Shown: positions 6,520-16,360 of the stretch, piece by piece
Position numbering within the stretch: position 1 is the stretch's first letter
How the letters are laid out: the number at the start of each line of letters is the position of its first letter
Position numbers and translations under genes: made by a program
NCBI GenBank assembly: GCA_949283275.1
Contig: CASDRW010000126.1
Span: 1 to 34,968, forward strand
Length of the DNA stretch: 34,968 nucleotides
Direction of reading: 5' to 3'
Source: an uncultured Pseudomonadota bacterium
Lineage (GTDB): Bacteria > Pseudomonadota > Alphaproteobacteria > RF32 > CAG-239
The notes under the pieces: model-generated
The model's database searches: none
What the model was told of the DNA's origin: nothing
What the model saw: the letters and a program-made list of their open reading frames with translations, nothing else

Positions 6520-7755
6520 TTAAAACGGGCTTGTAACATCCGGCACATTATCGGCCGCAACCGGAGTCTGGGTCTGAGTTATGATCTCTTCAACCACCTC
6601 AATCTCTTGCTTAGGTGCCGTTTCTTCATTTACCTTTGCTTCCATCTTAGGCTCTGCTGGCTTTTCCTTTACCTCTGCTTCTTTAGGCTTGGGCGATTCT
6701 TTTGCCGCCACGGCCTTGGGTTTATCGCGGTTAATCCCCAAATATTTTTCAACTGCTTTTTTCTCGGCCTCTTTTTCGTTAGAGGTAATCAAATCAAGAT
6801 TATACAATACCTCCAAGCGGCGCAAATCACCTGCGGCATCCAAAATATTTTTGGACGGAGCCTTGTTTTTCATTCTCTCACGTGGTTCTGGCGGCATCAA
6901 CGCCTCAATAATCACCTCACGCTCGGCCGAAAACTCACGCGGAGTAATTGCTCTGGTTTCCACACCTTCTTTCAATATTTCCAAACGCTCAATAATCAAA
7001 TCGGCATCAGGCACCGGCTTATCCATCCCAACACCCGGAGCTTGATTGGTCAAAGGCAGCAAAGCGCCCAAATTAGCCGAGCGTCTTGATAAAAATTCTT
7101 CCTTGGTAATAAAATCTTTTTCGGCCAGTTCTTTTAATATCAGGAAGCGCGACACCATATTCTGTTGTTCTGGTGTAAAGATATCATCCACTCCCACGGG
7201 CTGTGATTTCACCACCGGAACAGACTTTTTGCGCAAAGCCTCGGCAATGGTATTTTTGCTCACCTCATTTCCTTTTTCCTCAGATATGGCAAACGCCTTG
7301 CTTCCGTCTCTGTTTTCGATTGTCAGTTTATTTTGGGCAATGGTAATTGCGCGCAGATTTTTCTTGGCGATTTCGGTAATTTTGTGCGGCTGTCCGTCAT
7401 TTGTTCCCAAGACAGAAGTTTCATTACCATTAATGATAATCAAATCCTCATAATATTGTCTGGCGCGATTATATCTGCCCAACTTTTCAGAAGCCAGCGC
7501 TCCCACGAGCAATGCCTGCTCATTTCTAGGGTTAGCCTTCAGCGCCTCGGTAGTATATTCCAAAGTTTTTTCAAAATTACCTTGCACATATTCAAGCGAC
7601 GCTTTCTGGGCATAATTTTGACCGTCTTTTTCAAACATTTTAACAAACCAGTTTGATTCCTCAGCGGTATCTTTTTTATCAACGACGGCGCAAGCAGCCA
7701 AAAGGCTCAAAGCCGTAGCCGACAGCAAAGTTTTGGTAAAATCACGAGCAAACAT
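6520..7755 (-). CDS. Lipoprotein with N-terminal TPR-like repeats, three SHOCT-like short repeats and a K/E/P-rich tail
   Basis: The lipobox is LSLLAAC. The TPR-like region contains YVQGNFEKTLEY...ALKANP and GRYNRARQYYEDL. The repeated motifs are ITKEEFLSRR, ITPREFSAEREVI and ITSNEKEAEKKAV. Confidence 0.55.
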   Translation of the reverse strand: MFARDFTKTLLSATALSLLAACAVVDKKDTAEESNWFVKMFEKDGQNYAQKASLEYVQGNFEKTLEYTTEALKANPRNEQALLVGALASEKLGRYNRARQYYEDLIIINGNETSVLGTNDGQPHKITEIAKKNLRAITIAQNKLTIENRDGSKAFAISEEKGNEVSKNTIAEALRKKSVPVVKSQPVGVDDIFTPEQQNMVSRFLILKELAEKDFITKEEFLSRRSANLGALLPLTNQAPGVGMDKPVPDADLIIERLEILKEGVETRAITPREFSAEREVIIEALMPPEPRERMKNKAPSKNILDAAGDLRRLEVLYNLDLITSNEKEAEKKAVEKYLGINRDKPKAVAAKESPKPKEAEVKEKPAEPKMEAKVNEETAPKQEIEVVEEIITQTQTPVAADNVPDVTSPF

Positions 7756-7913
7756 AAAAACACAGACTCCCGATAAAAAAACCTTTTGTTTAGGCCATCT
7801 TATAAAAGATTAAACGATATTACAATAATTTTGTTTGCATTGTGAATTTATGCTTGATTTATAAAAATAATACGTTAGTATTCAGGCAATTAAACGGCTT
7901 TTGATAAAAAGAT

Positions 7914-7998
7914 GCGGGTGTGGCGGAATTGGCAGACGCGCCAGACTTAGGATCTGGTTCCGCAAGGAGTGGGGGTTCAAGTCCCTTCACCCGCACCA
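7914..7998 (+). tRNA. tRNA-Leu (anticodon TAG), CCA encoded
   Basis: The acceptor stem is GCGGGTG/CACCCGC. The anticodon loop is CTTAGGA, a long variable arm is present, and the T-loop is GGTTCAAGTCC. Confidence 0.9.
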
Positions 7999-8043
7999 TC
8001 TTACAAAGCCCAAGGTTAATTTTAATATTAAGAGAGAGAGTTA

Positions 8044-9399
8044 ATGAAAGTTAGCGAATTAAAATCCAAGGGGCTAAACAAATCATACAAAGTTACCGTC
8101 CCTGCAGAAGAATTTAACAAAGAGATTGACACCAAGCTTGCCCAAATTGCCAAAAAAGCCAAGATTCAAGGTTTCAGGGCCGGCAAAGCCCCTCTTGCCA
8201 TGATCAAGAAAAAATACCTAAACGAGGTTATGGCCGAGGCATTAGATGACACTGTCCGCAGCTCAAGCAACAAGGTATTAACCGACAACAAGCTTCGTCC
8301 GGTCAACCAACCCTCCATTAAGATTAATTCTTTTGGCGAGGGCAAAGATCTTGAATTTGATATGGAGGTTGAAATTTTGCCTGAGATTAAATTAGGTGAT
8401 TTTTCCAAAATATCGCTAGATAAATTCACCGCCGAAGTTCCGGCCGAAGAGGTTGACAAAGCAGTCAAATATTTGGCCGAAACGCGTAAAGAATCTGTCA
8501 AAGTTGACGGCAAAAAAGCAGCCAAAGGCGATGTTGTAATGATTGACTTTGTTGGCTCGGTTGACGGGGTTGAGTTCAACGGCGGCAAAGGCAACGACTA
8601 TCCCTTGGAGCTCGGCTCGGGCTCATTCATCCCCGGATTTGAGGATCAATTAATTGGCGCCGAGGCAGGTGCAAAAGTTGATGTCAAAGTCAAATTCCCG
8701 GCCGATTATCATGCCAAAGACTTGGCTGACAAAGATGCCGTTTTTGCCGTCACGGTAAAAGAGGTTCGCGAGCCCAAAGCGGTTGAGATTAATGATGAGT
8801 TGGCCAAATCTTTAGGTGCCGAGAGTTTGGATAAATTAAAAGAGACTTTATCTGCCCGCATCAAGGCAGACTATGACAACGCCTCACGCATGAAATTAAA
8901 ACGTCAGTTGTTAGATATTTTGGACAAAGAGTATTCTTTTGAGGTTCCGTCATCCTTGGTTGATGCCGAATATAAGGCGATTGTTTCCCAATATGAGCAA
9001 GCCAAAAAATACAATCAGCTTGACGCCGAGGAGAAGAGCAAGAAAGAAGAAGATTTACTCAAAGAGTACAAAGAGATTGCTTTACGCAGAGTTAAGCTTG
9101 GTCTTGTACTCTCCGAGGTTGGTCAAAATGCCAAAATCAGCATCAAACCAGAGGACATCAATGCCGCCATCATGAACGAGGCCAAGAGATACCCCGGCCA
9201 AGAGCAAATGGTTTTGGATTACTATCTCAAGAACAAGCAAGCTGTCGAAAACTTAAAAGCTCCGATTTTTGAGGAGAAGATTATTGACCACATAATCTCA
9301 CAAGCCAAACTAAACGAGAAGATTGTCTCGGTTGAAGAGCTTTACAAGTTTGATGACGAAAAGAAAGAAAGCAAAAAATCCGCCAAGAAATCAGCTTAA
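8044..9399 (+). CDS. tig: Trigger factor
   Basis: The 451-aa ORF has the ribosome-binding signature GFRAGKAP near the N-terminus, a central FKBP-like segment (GDVVMIDFVGSVDGVEFNGGKG) and an acidic/lysine-rich C-terminus. Confidence 0.9.
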   Translation: MKVSELKSKGLNKSYKVTVPAEEFNKEIDTKLAQIAKKAKIQGFRAGKAPLAMIKKKYLNEVMAEALDDTVRSSSNKVLTDNKLRPVNQPSIKINSFGEGKDLEFDMEVEILPEIKLGDFSKISLDKFTAEVPAEEVDKAVKYLAETRKESVKVDGKKAAKGDVVMIDFVGSVDGVEFNGGKGNDYPLELGSGSFIPGFEDQLIGAEAGAKVDVKVKFPADYHAKDLADKDAVFAVTVKEVREPKAVEINDELAKSLGAESLDKLKETLSARIKADYDNASRMKLKRQLLDILDKEYSFEVPSSLVDAEYKAIVSQYEQAKKYNQLDAEEKSKKEEDLLKEYKEIALRRVKLGLVLSEVGQNAKISIKPEDINAAIMNEAKRYPGQEQMVLDYYLKNKQAVENLKAPIFEEKIIDHIISQAKLNEKIVSVEELYKFDDEKKESKKSAKKSA

Positions 9400-9421
9400 A
9401 TGCTTTTTTAGCTACTAACTT

Positions 9422-9452
9422 AAAACCCCTCGGACCAATTCCAAGGGGTTTT
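9422..9452. terminator. Bidirectional intrinsic terminator (tig / prfC convergent)
   Basis: AAAACCCCT-loop-AGGGGTTTT is followed by a T-rich tract. Confidence 0.7.
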
Positions 9453-9472
9453 ATTTTGTCTGTCTAACTTAC

Positions 9473-11041
9473 TTATTCTTTAATCTTGGCAAACCTAATT
9501 TTCGGAAAATCTTCTTGAGTTTTGTTCAAATGCCAAGCATTGCGCGCCAAAAACACCAGATCGCCATCATGATCTTCGGCCAAATTAAGCCGATTGGCGT
9601 CTTGGAAATTTTTCATCTCAACTTTATCGTCCGAGCTAACCCAGCGTGCGGTAAAATATTGAGTTGGCTCAAACATCACCGGCAAACCAAATTCATTTTT
9701 AATTCTGTCTGCCATCACTTCAAACTGCAACACCCCAACCACGCCGACAATCCACTCAGCACCAACCACCGGCTTAAACACGCTTGCTCCGCCCTCTTCG
9801 GCAATTTGTTTCAAGGCATCGCCCAAATGCTTTGATTTTAACGGGTCAAGCGCCCTAACCGACTTCAACAACTCCGGTGCAAACGACGGAATTCCGGTAA
9901 AGGTTATTTTTTCGCCTTCGGTTAAAGTGTCACCGATTCTAAGCTGCCCGTGATTGGGTATGCCGATAATATCTCCGGCATAAGCATCCTCGGCCAGTTC
10001 TCTTTCTTGTGCCATAAACATCACCGGGGTTGCTACTTTGATTTCTTTGCCGGTTCTGATTTGTTTTAGGGCTTGCCCACGCCTAAAATGCCCCGAGCAA
10101 ATCCGCATAAAAGCAATTCTGTCGCGGTGTTTGGGATCCATATTGGCTTGGATTTTAAATATAAAACCACTAACTTTGTTTTCATCTGGAGCCACCATTC
10201 TCTCTTGTGCCGGATGAGCTCTTGGTGTTGGTGCAAATTTATGCAAGCCTTCCAATACTTCCCTCACACCAAAATTATTGATAGCACTGCCAAAAAACAC
10301 CGGAGTTAAAGTGCCTGCCAAATAGGCTTCCAAATCAAATTTGGGGCAAAGCTCTTGTATCATCATCACATCTTCGCGCAGTTTTGCCACTTGGTGCGCG
10401 GGCAACATTTCGTCCAATTTGGGATCATCAAGCCCCGAGCAAGTCTCAATCACACTGTTAATTGATGCTTTGTTTTTTTCCATCAAAATCATGCGGTTGT
10501 TTAAGATATCATAACACCCCCTAAAATCTTTGCCCAACCCGACCGGCCAGCTTGCCGGAGTTACATCCAATGCCAAAGTCCTTTCAATCTCGTCCAAAAG
10601 TGCAAACGGATCTTGCCCCTCGCGGTCGAGTTTGTTGATAAAAGTAATAATCGGCACATCACGCAAACGACAAACCTCAAACAATTTTTTGGTTTGTGTT
10701 TCAATACCTTTGGCCGAATCCAACACCATCACCGCCGAATCAACCGCAGTCAAAACCCGATATGTATCCTCCGAAAAATCCTCGTGTCCGGGGGTATCCA
10801 ACAGATTAAAAGTAATCCCGTCATAATCAAATGTCATCACCGACGAGGCCACCGAGATTCCTCTTTCCTGTTCCACCTTCATCCAATCCGAGCGTGCGCG
10901 TCTGTTCTCGCCTCTGGCTTTAACCGCACCGGCTTGTTGAATCGCCCCGCCAAATAGCAACAACTTTTCGGTCAAGGTTGTCTTGCCGGCATCCGGGTGC
11001 GAAATAATGGCAAATGTTTTGCGTGAACTAACTTTATTCAT
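9473..11041 (-). CDS. prfC: Peptide chain release factor 3 (GTPase)
   Basis: The GTPase motifs AIISHPDAGKTT, DTPGHEDF and NKLD are present, and the length is typical of RF3. I preferred the ATG at 11041 over the TTG at 11065 given in the ORF track. Confidence 0.9.
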   Translation of the reverse strand: MNKVSSRKTFAIISHPDAGKTTLTEKLLLFGGAIQQAGAVKARGENRRARSDWMKVEQERGISVASSVMTFDYDGITFNLLDTPGHEDFSEDTYRVLTAVDSAVMVLDSAKGIETQTKKLFEVCRLRDVPIITFINKLDREGQDPFALLDEIERTLALDVTPASWPVGLGKDFRGCYDILNNRMILMEKNKASINSVIETCSGLDDPKLDEMLPAHQVAKLREDVMMIQELCPKFDLEAYLAGTLTPVFFGSAINNFGVREVLEGLHKFAPTPRAHPAQERMVAPDENKVSGFIFKIQANMDPKHRDRIAFMRICSGHFRRGQALKQIRTGKEIKVATPVMFMAQERELAEDAYAGDIIGIPNHGQLRIGDTLTEGEKITFTGIPSFAPELLKSVRALDPLKSKHLGDALKQIAEEGGASVFKPVVGAEWIVGVVGVLQFEVMADRIKNEFGLPVMFEPTQYFTARWVSSDDKVEMKNFQDANRLNLAEDHDGDLVFLARNAWHLNKTQEDFPKIRFAKIKE

Positions 11042-11124
11042 TTTATTATCTCTTACTTTTGTCAAAAAAAACTTGAGGCGGGTTATAGCTTAAATCTTTT
11101 ATTCTGTCAAGTTTCTGCTGAACA

Positions 11125-11157
11125 TAAAATAGATATCCCCCAGTTCTCTGGGGGATA
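11125..11157 (-). terminator. Intrinsic terminator after the parvulin gene
   Basis: The stem is TATCCCCCA/TGGGGGATA. The downstream tract on the minus strand is T-rich. Confidence 0.55.
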
Positions 11158-11188
11158 GCTATTAAAGCCAACAACTCAAATTATTATT

Positions 11189-11998
11189 TTATTTTATTTC
11201 ATTGCCTTTTGCGTCATACTTAACAACTTTGGCTTTGCTTTGCAAACCTTTGACCACATCGCTCATGGTTTTTTGCGCCAACATAGCTCTGAGCTTGCCT
11301 TCAATTTGTTTTAAAGGCAACGGCTTGGCATCTCTGATATCCTCAACCAAAATCACATGATACCCAAACTGTGTTTTAACTGGCGATTTGGTATATTGAC
11401 CTTTTTTGAGCTTAAATGCGGCATCGGCAAATTCCGGCACCATCATATCTTTGGTAAAATACCCAAGCTCTGCCGGCTCTTTGGAGTATTCTTTGGCCAA
11501 TTTATCAAAATCGCCTTCTTCTTTCAATTTGGCAATAACCTCTTTGGCTTTGGCCTCCGAATCAACCAAGATATGTTTGGCTTTAATTTCTTTTTCGCCG
11601 TTAAAACTGTTTTTATAATCATTATAAAGCTTTCTGACCGCCTCATCGGTAACTTTGGCTCTGACTTGTTTTTCCAAATAGATTTTGCGAGCCAACTCTT
11701 CTTTCAATGCATTGAGCTGTACCTTATATTCCGGCGTATCGGTAACTTTTTCCTCAACCGCGGCCTGATAAACAATCTCGCCGTCGACAAAAATATCCAA
11801 CGTGTTGGTATAAAACTCGTCAAACGAGGCTTTTTCTTTAACTGCCGGATTGGTATTATAAGCGGCTTTAATCTCTTCAACCTTTATCTCTTTGCCGTTA
11901 ACGGTTGCCGCCACGCCGTCTTTACCTGCGGCCGCGGCCGTTCCGGCATTAGCCAAAGCCACACCGGCCACCAACAAAGCAATATATTTTTTATCCAT
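11189..11998 (-). CDS. Periplasmic parvulin-type peptidyl-prolyl isomerase (PpiC/SurA-like)
   Basis: The ATG at 11998 follows a GGAGGAG SD and gives the signal peptide MDKKYIALLVAGVALANAGTAAA. The parvulin core is KAKHILV...FGYHVILVED. Confidence 0.8.
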   Translation of the reverse strand: MDKKYIALLVAGVALANAGTAAAAGKDGVAATVNGKEIKVEEIKAAYNTNPAVKEKASFDEFYTNTLDIFVDGEIVYQAAVEEKVTDTPEYKVQLNALKEELARKIYLEKQVRAKVTDEAVRKLYNDYKNSFNGEKEIKAKHILVDSEAKAKEVIAKLKEEGDFDKLAKEYSKEPAELGYFTKDMMVPEFADAAFKLKKGQYTKSPVKTQFGYHVILVEDIRDAKPLPLKQIEGKLRAMLAQKTMSDVVKGLQSKAKVVKYDAKGNEIK

Positions 11999-12181
11999 AA
12001 CTTTTTCTCCTCCAAATAAAAATACGCTCTGGTTAAAAGTTATATAATAAAAGGATAAAAATTTCCAACTTATTTTTTTCACCCGTTTATAACTCAGTAC
12101 GGCTCTTGACACTATACATTTAAAACACTAAATGTATGTTAGTTAAACTATTGAATTTAAAGATATAAGGATAAAAAGATT

Positions 12182-14911
12182 ATGATAGGTAGCCTTGCCC
12201 GCAAGATTTTTGGCTCTGCCAACGACCGCTATATCAAAAGACAATACAAAATTATAGAAAAGATTAATTCACTTGAACCTGAGATTTCAGCCCTTAGTGA
12301 TGAAGCTCTACGCGCCAAAACCGATGAGTTTAAGGCTCGCATTAAACAAGGCGAGACGTTAGACGAGCTTTTGCCCGAGGCTTTTGCCGTTGTAAGAGAG
12401 GCGGCCAAACGCACGCTTGGCCAGCGCCATTACGATGTTCAGCTTATCGGCGGTATTGTTTTGCACCACGGTCAAATTGCCGAGATGAAAACCGGCGAAG
12501 GTAAAACTCTTGTCGCCACCTTGGCTGCCTACCTCAATGCTTTGGAGGGCAAAGGTGTTCATATCGTAACCGTCAACGACTATTTGGCCAAGCGCGATGC
12601 TGAGTGGATGGGACAGGTTTATCGTTTTTTGGGCTTAACGGTTGATTATATCATCCACGAAAAAGACGATGACGCCAGAAGATTAGCCTACAATGCCGAT
12701 ATTTTGTATGCTACCAACAACGAGCTTGGCTTTGACTATCTGCGCGACAACATGAAATTCCGCCTTGCCGATATGGTTCAACGTCCGTTCAACTATGCCA
12801 TTGTCGACGAGGTTGACTCTATTTTGATTGATGAAGCCAGAACCCCCTTGATTATCTCGGGTGCCGCCGAAGACAGCTCGGAAAAATACATTTTGGTCAA
12901 CAAAATCATTCCCTCCCTCACCCCTGATGACTATGAAAAAGACGAGAAAGCCCGCCAGGTTACCCTAACCGAAAAAGGCATGACCCATGTTGAGGATTTA
13001 TTAAAACAAGTAGGCCTAATTACCGAGGGCGGTTTGTATGACTTAGGAAACGTAAGCCTGGTTCACCATGTCAACCAAGCCTTGCGCGCCCACAAAATGC
13101 ACACCCGCGATGTCGATTACATTGTCAAAGACGGCAAAGTTATGATTATTGATGAATTTACCGGCCGCATGATGGAAGGCCGCCGCTATTCCGATGGCCT
13201 GCACCAGGCAATCGAGGCCAAAGAAGGTGTTCAGATTCAATCCGAGAATCAAACACTTGCCTCTATCACCTTCCAAAATTATTTCAGGCTTTATCCCAAA
13301 CTATCAGGCATGACCGGCACCGCCATGACCGAAGAAGCCGAGTTTAACGATATTTATAATCTAAACTGTATTGAGATTCCGACCAACCGTCCGGTTATCC
13401 GCCAAGATTTGCATGATGAGATTTACCGCACCGAGAAAGAGAAGTTTGCCGCCATCATCAAAACCATTATCGAGTGCCATGACAAGGGCCAGCCGGTTTT
13501 GGTTGGTACTGCCTCAATCGAAAAGTCAGAGCTTGTTGCCGATATGTTGGCCAAACAAACCAACTTAAAGTTCGAGGTCTTAAATGCCCGCCACCACGAG
13601 CGCGAAGCGGCCATTGTAGCCCAAGCCGGTGTTTCGGGCGCCATTACCATTGCCACCAACATGGCCGGCCGCGGTACCGATATCCAGCTTGGCGGCAACG
13701 TTGACATGCGCCTCAAACAGATGTTAAAAGGCGATGAAACCAAAGAGCAGATAGAGGCCTTGCGCGACAAGATTAAACAAGAAGTCGAGGCCGACAAAGA
13801 GAAGGTCAAGAAAGCCGGCGGGTTGTATATTTTGGGTACCGAGCGCCACGAAAGCCGCCGTATCGACAACCAATTGCGCGGCCGTTCCGGACGTCAAGGC
13901 GACCCCGGAACTTCCAAATTCTTCTTATCATTGGAAGATGATTTGATGCGTATTTTCGGCTCCGAGCGCATGAGCATCATGTTGCAACGCCTGGGCCTGC
14001 CCGAGGGCGAGGCATTGGTTCACCCCTGGATTAGCAAAGCTTTGGAAAAAGCTCAGCAAAAGGTAGAAGAACGTAACTTTGATATCCGCAAAAACTTGCT
14101 CAAATACGACAATGTCATGAACGAGCAACGCAAAGTTATCTACGAGCAACGCCGCGAGCTGATGGAAGCAGACGACGTGCATGAAACCGTAACCGATATG
14201 TGCCACGACCAAATCCGTAATCTGATTTATAAAAACATCCCTTATGGTTCATCACCCAAAGAGTGGAATCTTGAGTCCATCAAACAAGACCTGGCGCGCC
14301 TAAGTGGCATTTTATTGCCATTGGAAGAATGGTGCAATGCAGATGAAATGGACACAGAGGTTTTGGTTGACAAAGTAACTTCTGCTTTGGACGAGGCGCA
14401 AAAGATGAAAAATGCCAATGTTCCGGCTGATATTGTACACATGGTAGAAAAATCAATTTTGCTCCAAGAATTGGATACTTTGTGGAAAGACCACATCGCC
14501 ACCTTGGATTATATGCGCCACACCATTGTTTTGCGTGCCTATGGCCAAAAAGACCCGTTGAACGAATATAAGAAAGAGGCCTTTAACCTGTTTTCGGATA
14601 TGTTAAATCAGCTAAGCGAAAAGGTTGCCTTTATCTTGATGCGTACGGTCATCCAGGCCAACGCCGCTTCTGATTTAGAGGAAAAGAACGCCCGCCAAAC
14701 CAAAGTTGAGGCCAGACATGACAGTCCGGTCAACCTGCTATCGGGCAAACCGACCAACACGCCGGATGCGCAAGAAAAACCAACACCTTTTACCTATGGT
14801 AAACAGGCCGTTGACCCCAAAGACCCATCAACCTGGGGCAAGGTTGCCCGCAATGACTTATGTCCCTGCGGCAGCGGCAAAAAATACAAGCATTGCCACG
14901 GACAGGTATAA
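12182..14911 (+). CDS. secA: Preprotein translocase ATPase SecA
   Basis: The 909-aa ORF contains [28 protein letters not shown] and [10 protein letters not shown]. The C-terminal zinc motif is [14 protein letters not shown]. Confidence 0.95.
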   Translation: MIGSLARKIFGSANDRYIKRQYKIIEKINSLEPEISALSDEALRAKTDEFKARIKQGETLDELLPEAFAVVREAAKRTLGQRHYDVQLIGGIVLHHGQIAEMKTGEGKTLVATLAAYLNALEGKGVHIVTVNDYLAKRDAEWMGQVYRFLGLTVDYIIHEKDDDARRLAYNADILYATNNELGFDYLRDNMKFRLADMVQRPFNYAIVDEVDSILIDEARTPLIISGAAEDSSEKYILVNKIIPSLTPDDYEKDEKARQVTLTEKGMTHVEDLLKQVGLITEGGLYDLGNVSLVHHVNQALRAHKMHTRDVDYIVKDGKVMIIDEFTGRMMEGRRYSDGLHQAIEAKEGVQIQSENQTLASITFQNYFRLYPKLSGMTGTAMTEEAEFNDIYNLNCIEIPTNRPVIRQDLHDEIYRTEKEKFAAIIKTIIECHDKGQPVLVGTASIEKSELVADMLAKQTNLKFEVLNARHHEREAAIVAQAGVSGAITIATNMAGRGTDIQLGGNVDMRLKQMLKGDETKEQIEALRDKIKQEVEADKEKVKKAGGLYILGTERHESRRIDNQLRGRSGRQGDPGTSKFFLSLEDDLMRIFGSERMSIMLQRLGLPEGEALVHPWISKALEKAQQKVEERNFDIRKNLLKYDNVMNEQRKVIYEQRRELMEADDVHETVTDMCHDQIRNLIYKNIPYGSSPKEWNLESIKQDLARLSGILLPLEEWCNADEMDTEVLVDKVTSALDEAQKMKNANVPADIVHMVEKSILLQELDTLWKDHIATLDYMRHTIVLRAYGQKDPLNEYKKEAFNLFSDMLNQLSEKVAFILMRTVIQANAASDLEEKNARQTKVEARHDSPVNLLSGKPTNTPDAQEKPTPFTYGKQAVDPKDPSTWGKVARNDLCPCGSGKKYKHCHGQV

Positions 14912-14916
14912 CCAAC

Positions 14917-14951
14917 AAAAAAGACGTTAGAAATTTCTAACGTCTTTTTTT
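14917..14951. terminator. Bidirectional intrinsic terminator (secA / SPFH gene convergent)
   Basis: The perfect palindrome AGACGTTAGAAATTTCTAACGTCT is flanked by an A-run and a T-run. Confidence 0.8.
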
Positions 14952-14965
14952 GTTATACCGAAGCT

Positions 14966-15853
14966 TTATTTCTTCTGCAGCGGCAGCAGGGTTTCCGTCT
15001 GCTCGCCGGAGAAGATAACCGTGCCGGTAAGTTTGCCGATGTTTGCGGCAAAGTCCCTCTGCACCTCAAGCTGTCTGAGCTCAAGGATCTGAGGGTTGCG
15101 CGCCAAAGCTTTACCCTCAATATCCATCGCTTTGGCAGTCGCTTCAGCGGCAGCAATCGTAGCTTCGGCCTCGGCTTGGGCCTTAATTACCGCCTGTCGT
15201 CCTTCTTCCTCAATCTGGACAGTACGGTTTTTGGCTTTCTGCGCTTCCTGCTCGGCCAATACTTTTTCCTCTATACCTTTCTCAAAAGCATCAGAATAAT
15301 CTATATTCGACATTTGGAAAGTTATCTCTGTAAAGTATTCTGCAGGAATTTCCGCAAGCAACAACTCCGTTACCTCAGCCGTTGCCTTTTCACGATTGGA
15401 CACGAGATCCTGTGCCGTCCAACGCCCTATCACATCTTTTAAGGCGCTCTTTAACACCGGATAAATGAGTTTGTCCTCATATCCTTTTCCGGCCGAAAGG
15501 TACAAGCCCGGAGCATTACTATCCACAATCCTGTACGTAAACACGTATTGGATCTCCGCAGGTTGGATGTCCTTCGTGTAAGTGGCATCCGTTGCCTCGA
15601 TTCTTTGTGTCGTTTTCTCAAAACATACAAACTTCGAGATCAACGGCCACTTCACATTAAATCCGTACGACGATTCAGAAGAAACACTTCCTAACGTCAC
15701 TCGGATACCAACCTGTTCAGGACCGATTATTGAGCAGGCCCCGAAAACTAGAAGACAAAAAACTCCTCCGAGGACAATCCCCCAGAAAATTTTCTTTCTT
15801 CTGGCCGTTTTTTCTGCTTTTCTCTTTTTCTCGCTTTCATCATTGCAATACAT
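14966..15853 (-). CDS. SPFH/band-7 (prohibitin-like) membrane protein
   Basis: An N-terminal basic segment is followed by one TM helix ([18 protein letters not shown]), an SPFH core, and an Ala/Glu-rich coiled coil ([31 protein letters not shown]). Confidence 0.75.
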   Translation of the reverse strand: MYCNDESEKKRKAEKTARRKKIFWGIVLGGVFCLLVFGACSIIGPEQVGIRVTLGSVSSESSYGFNVKWPLISKFVCFEKTTQRIEATDATYTKDIQPAEIQYVFTYRIVDSNAPGLYLSAGKGYEDKLIYPVLKSALKDVIGRWTAQDLVSNREKATAEVTELLLAEIPAEYFTEITFQMSNIDYSDAFEKGIEEKVLAEQEAQKAKNRTVQIEEEGRQAVIKAQAEAEATIAAAEATAKAMDIEGKALARNPQILELRQLEVQRDFAANIGKLTGTVIFSGEQTETLLPLQKK

Positions 15854-16360
15854 AGTCTTATTTTTTTTATAACACCCTCTTCTGCTCTGTTCATCATATC
15901 TGATTATTCCACTGATAATTACTGCAAAATCAATTCTTACCTTTTCCCCCGAACACGTAGTTCTCTGTTATTAAAAACAGCGGGCAGCCTAGCGCTGGCT
16001 CTTTCGAATATTTTTTTCACAACATTTATCAGTCTTTACACTCAAGTTTCCAAACAAAGTTTGTTTAAGGTGCGTTGTTTAATAATTTCTTTATAATCAA
16101 TATCAATAATATTTATACCACATTTTCACCCCTCACGCAAGCCTTTTTTGACAAAATTTCAAAAATTCATGATTTTTCTTTCAAATCATCGCAAAAATCA
16201 TTGGTTAAATATAATTTTTTGCTGGATTTTTTATCTCTTCGATGATATAAGGCACGCAGGAATAGGATTCTGTATTACAAAGCCGGCAGATCAGGCGTAA
16301 AACCGTCTAATTTGACAATGGCTTTTTTTGTTTTATTAACGTTAACTTTAAGGATGAAAT

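Noticed and set aside
11042-11065. The TTG start extending prfC by 8 codons (MTKVRDNK).
   Set aside because: The ATG at 11041 gives an N-terminus of normal length before the G1 motif. The TTG lies in an A/T-rich promoter-like tract. I kept it only as an alternative.
11357-12019. A 220-aa ORF antisense to the parvulin gene. Similar long antisense ORFs occur at 6581-7089, 13423-13869 and 29653-30204.
   Set aside because: All lie wholly inside confidently identified genes on the other strand and translate to Phe/Ile/Leu/Arg-rich low-complexity sequence. They are typical mirror frames of Lys/Glu-rich genes.
16230-16360. A TPP riboswitch or FNR box in the PFOR leader.
   Set aside because: I found no CTGAGA...ACCTGATCTGGATAATGCCAGCG-like THI-box core and no TTGAT-N4-ATCAA site. 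Only weak stems are present.
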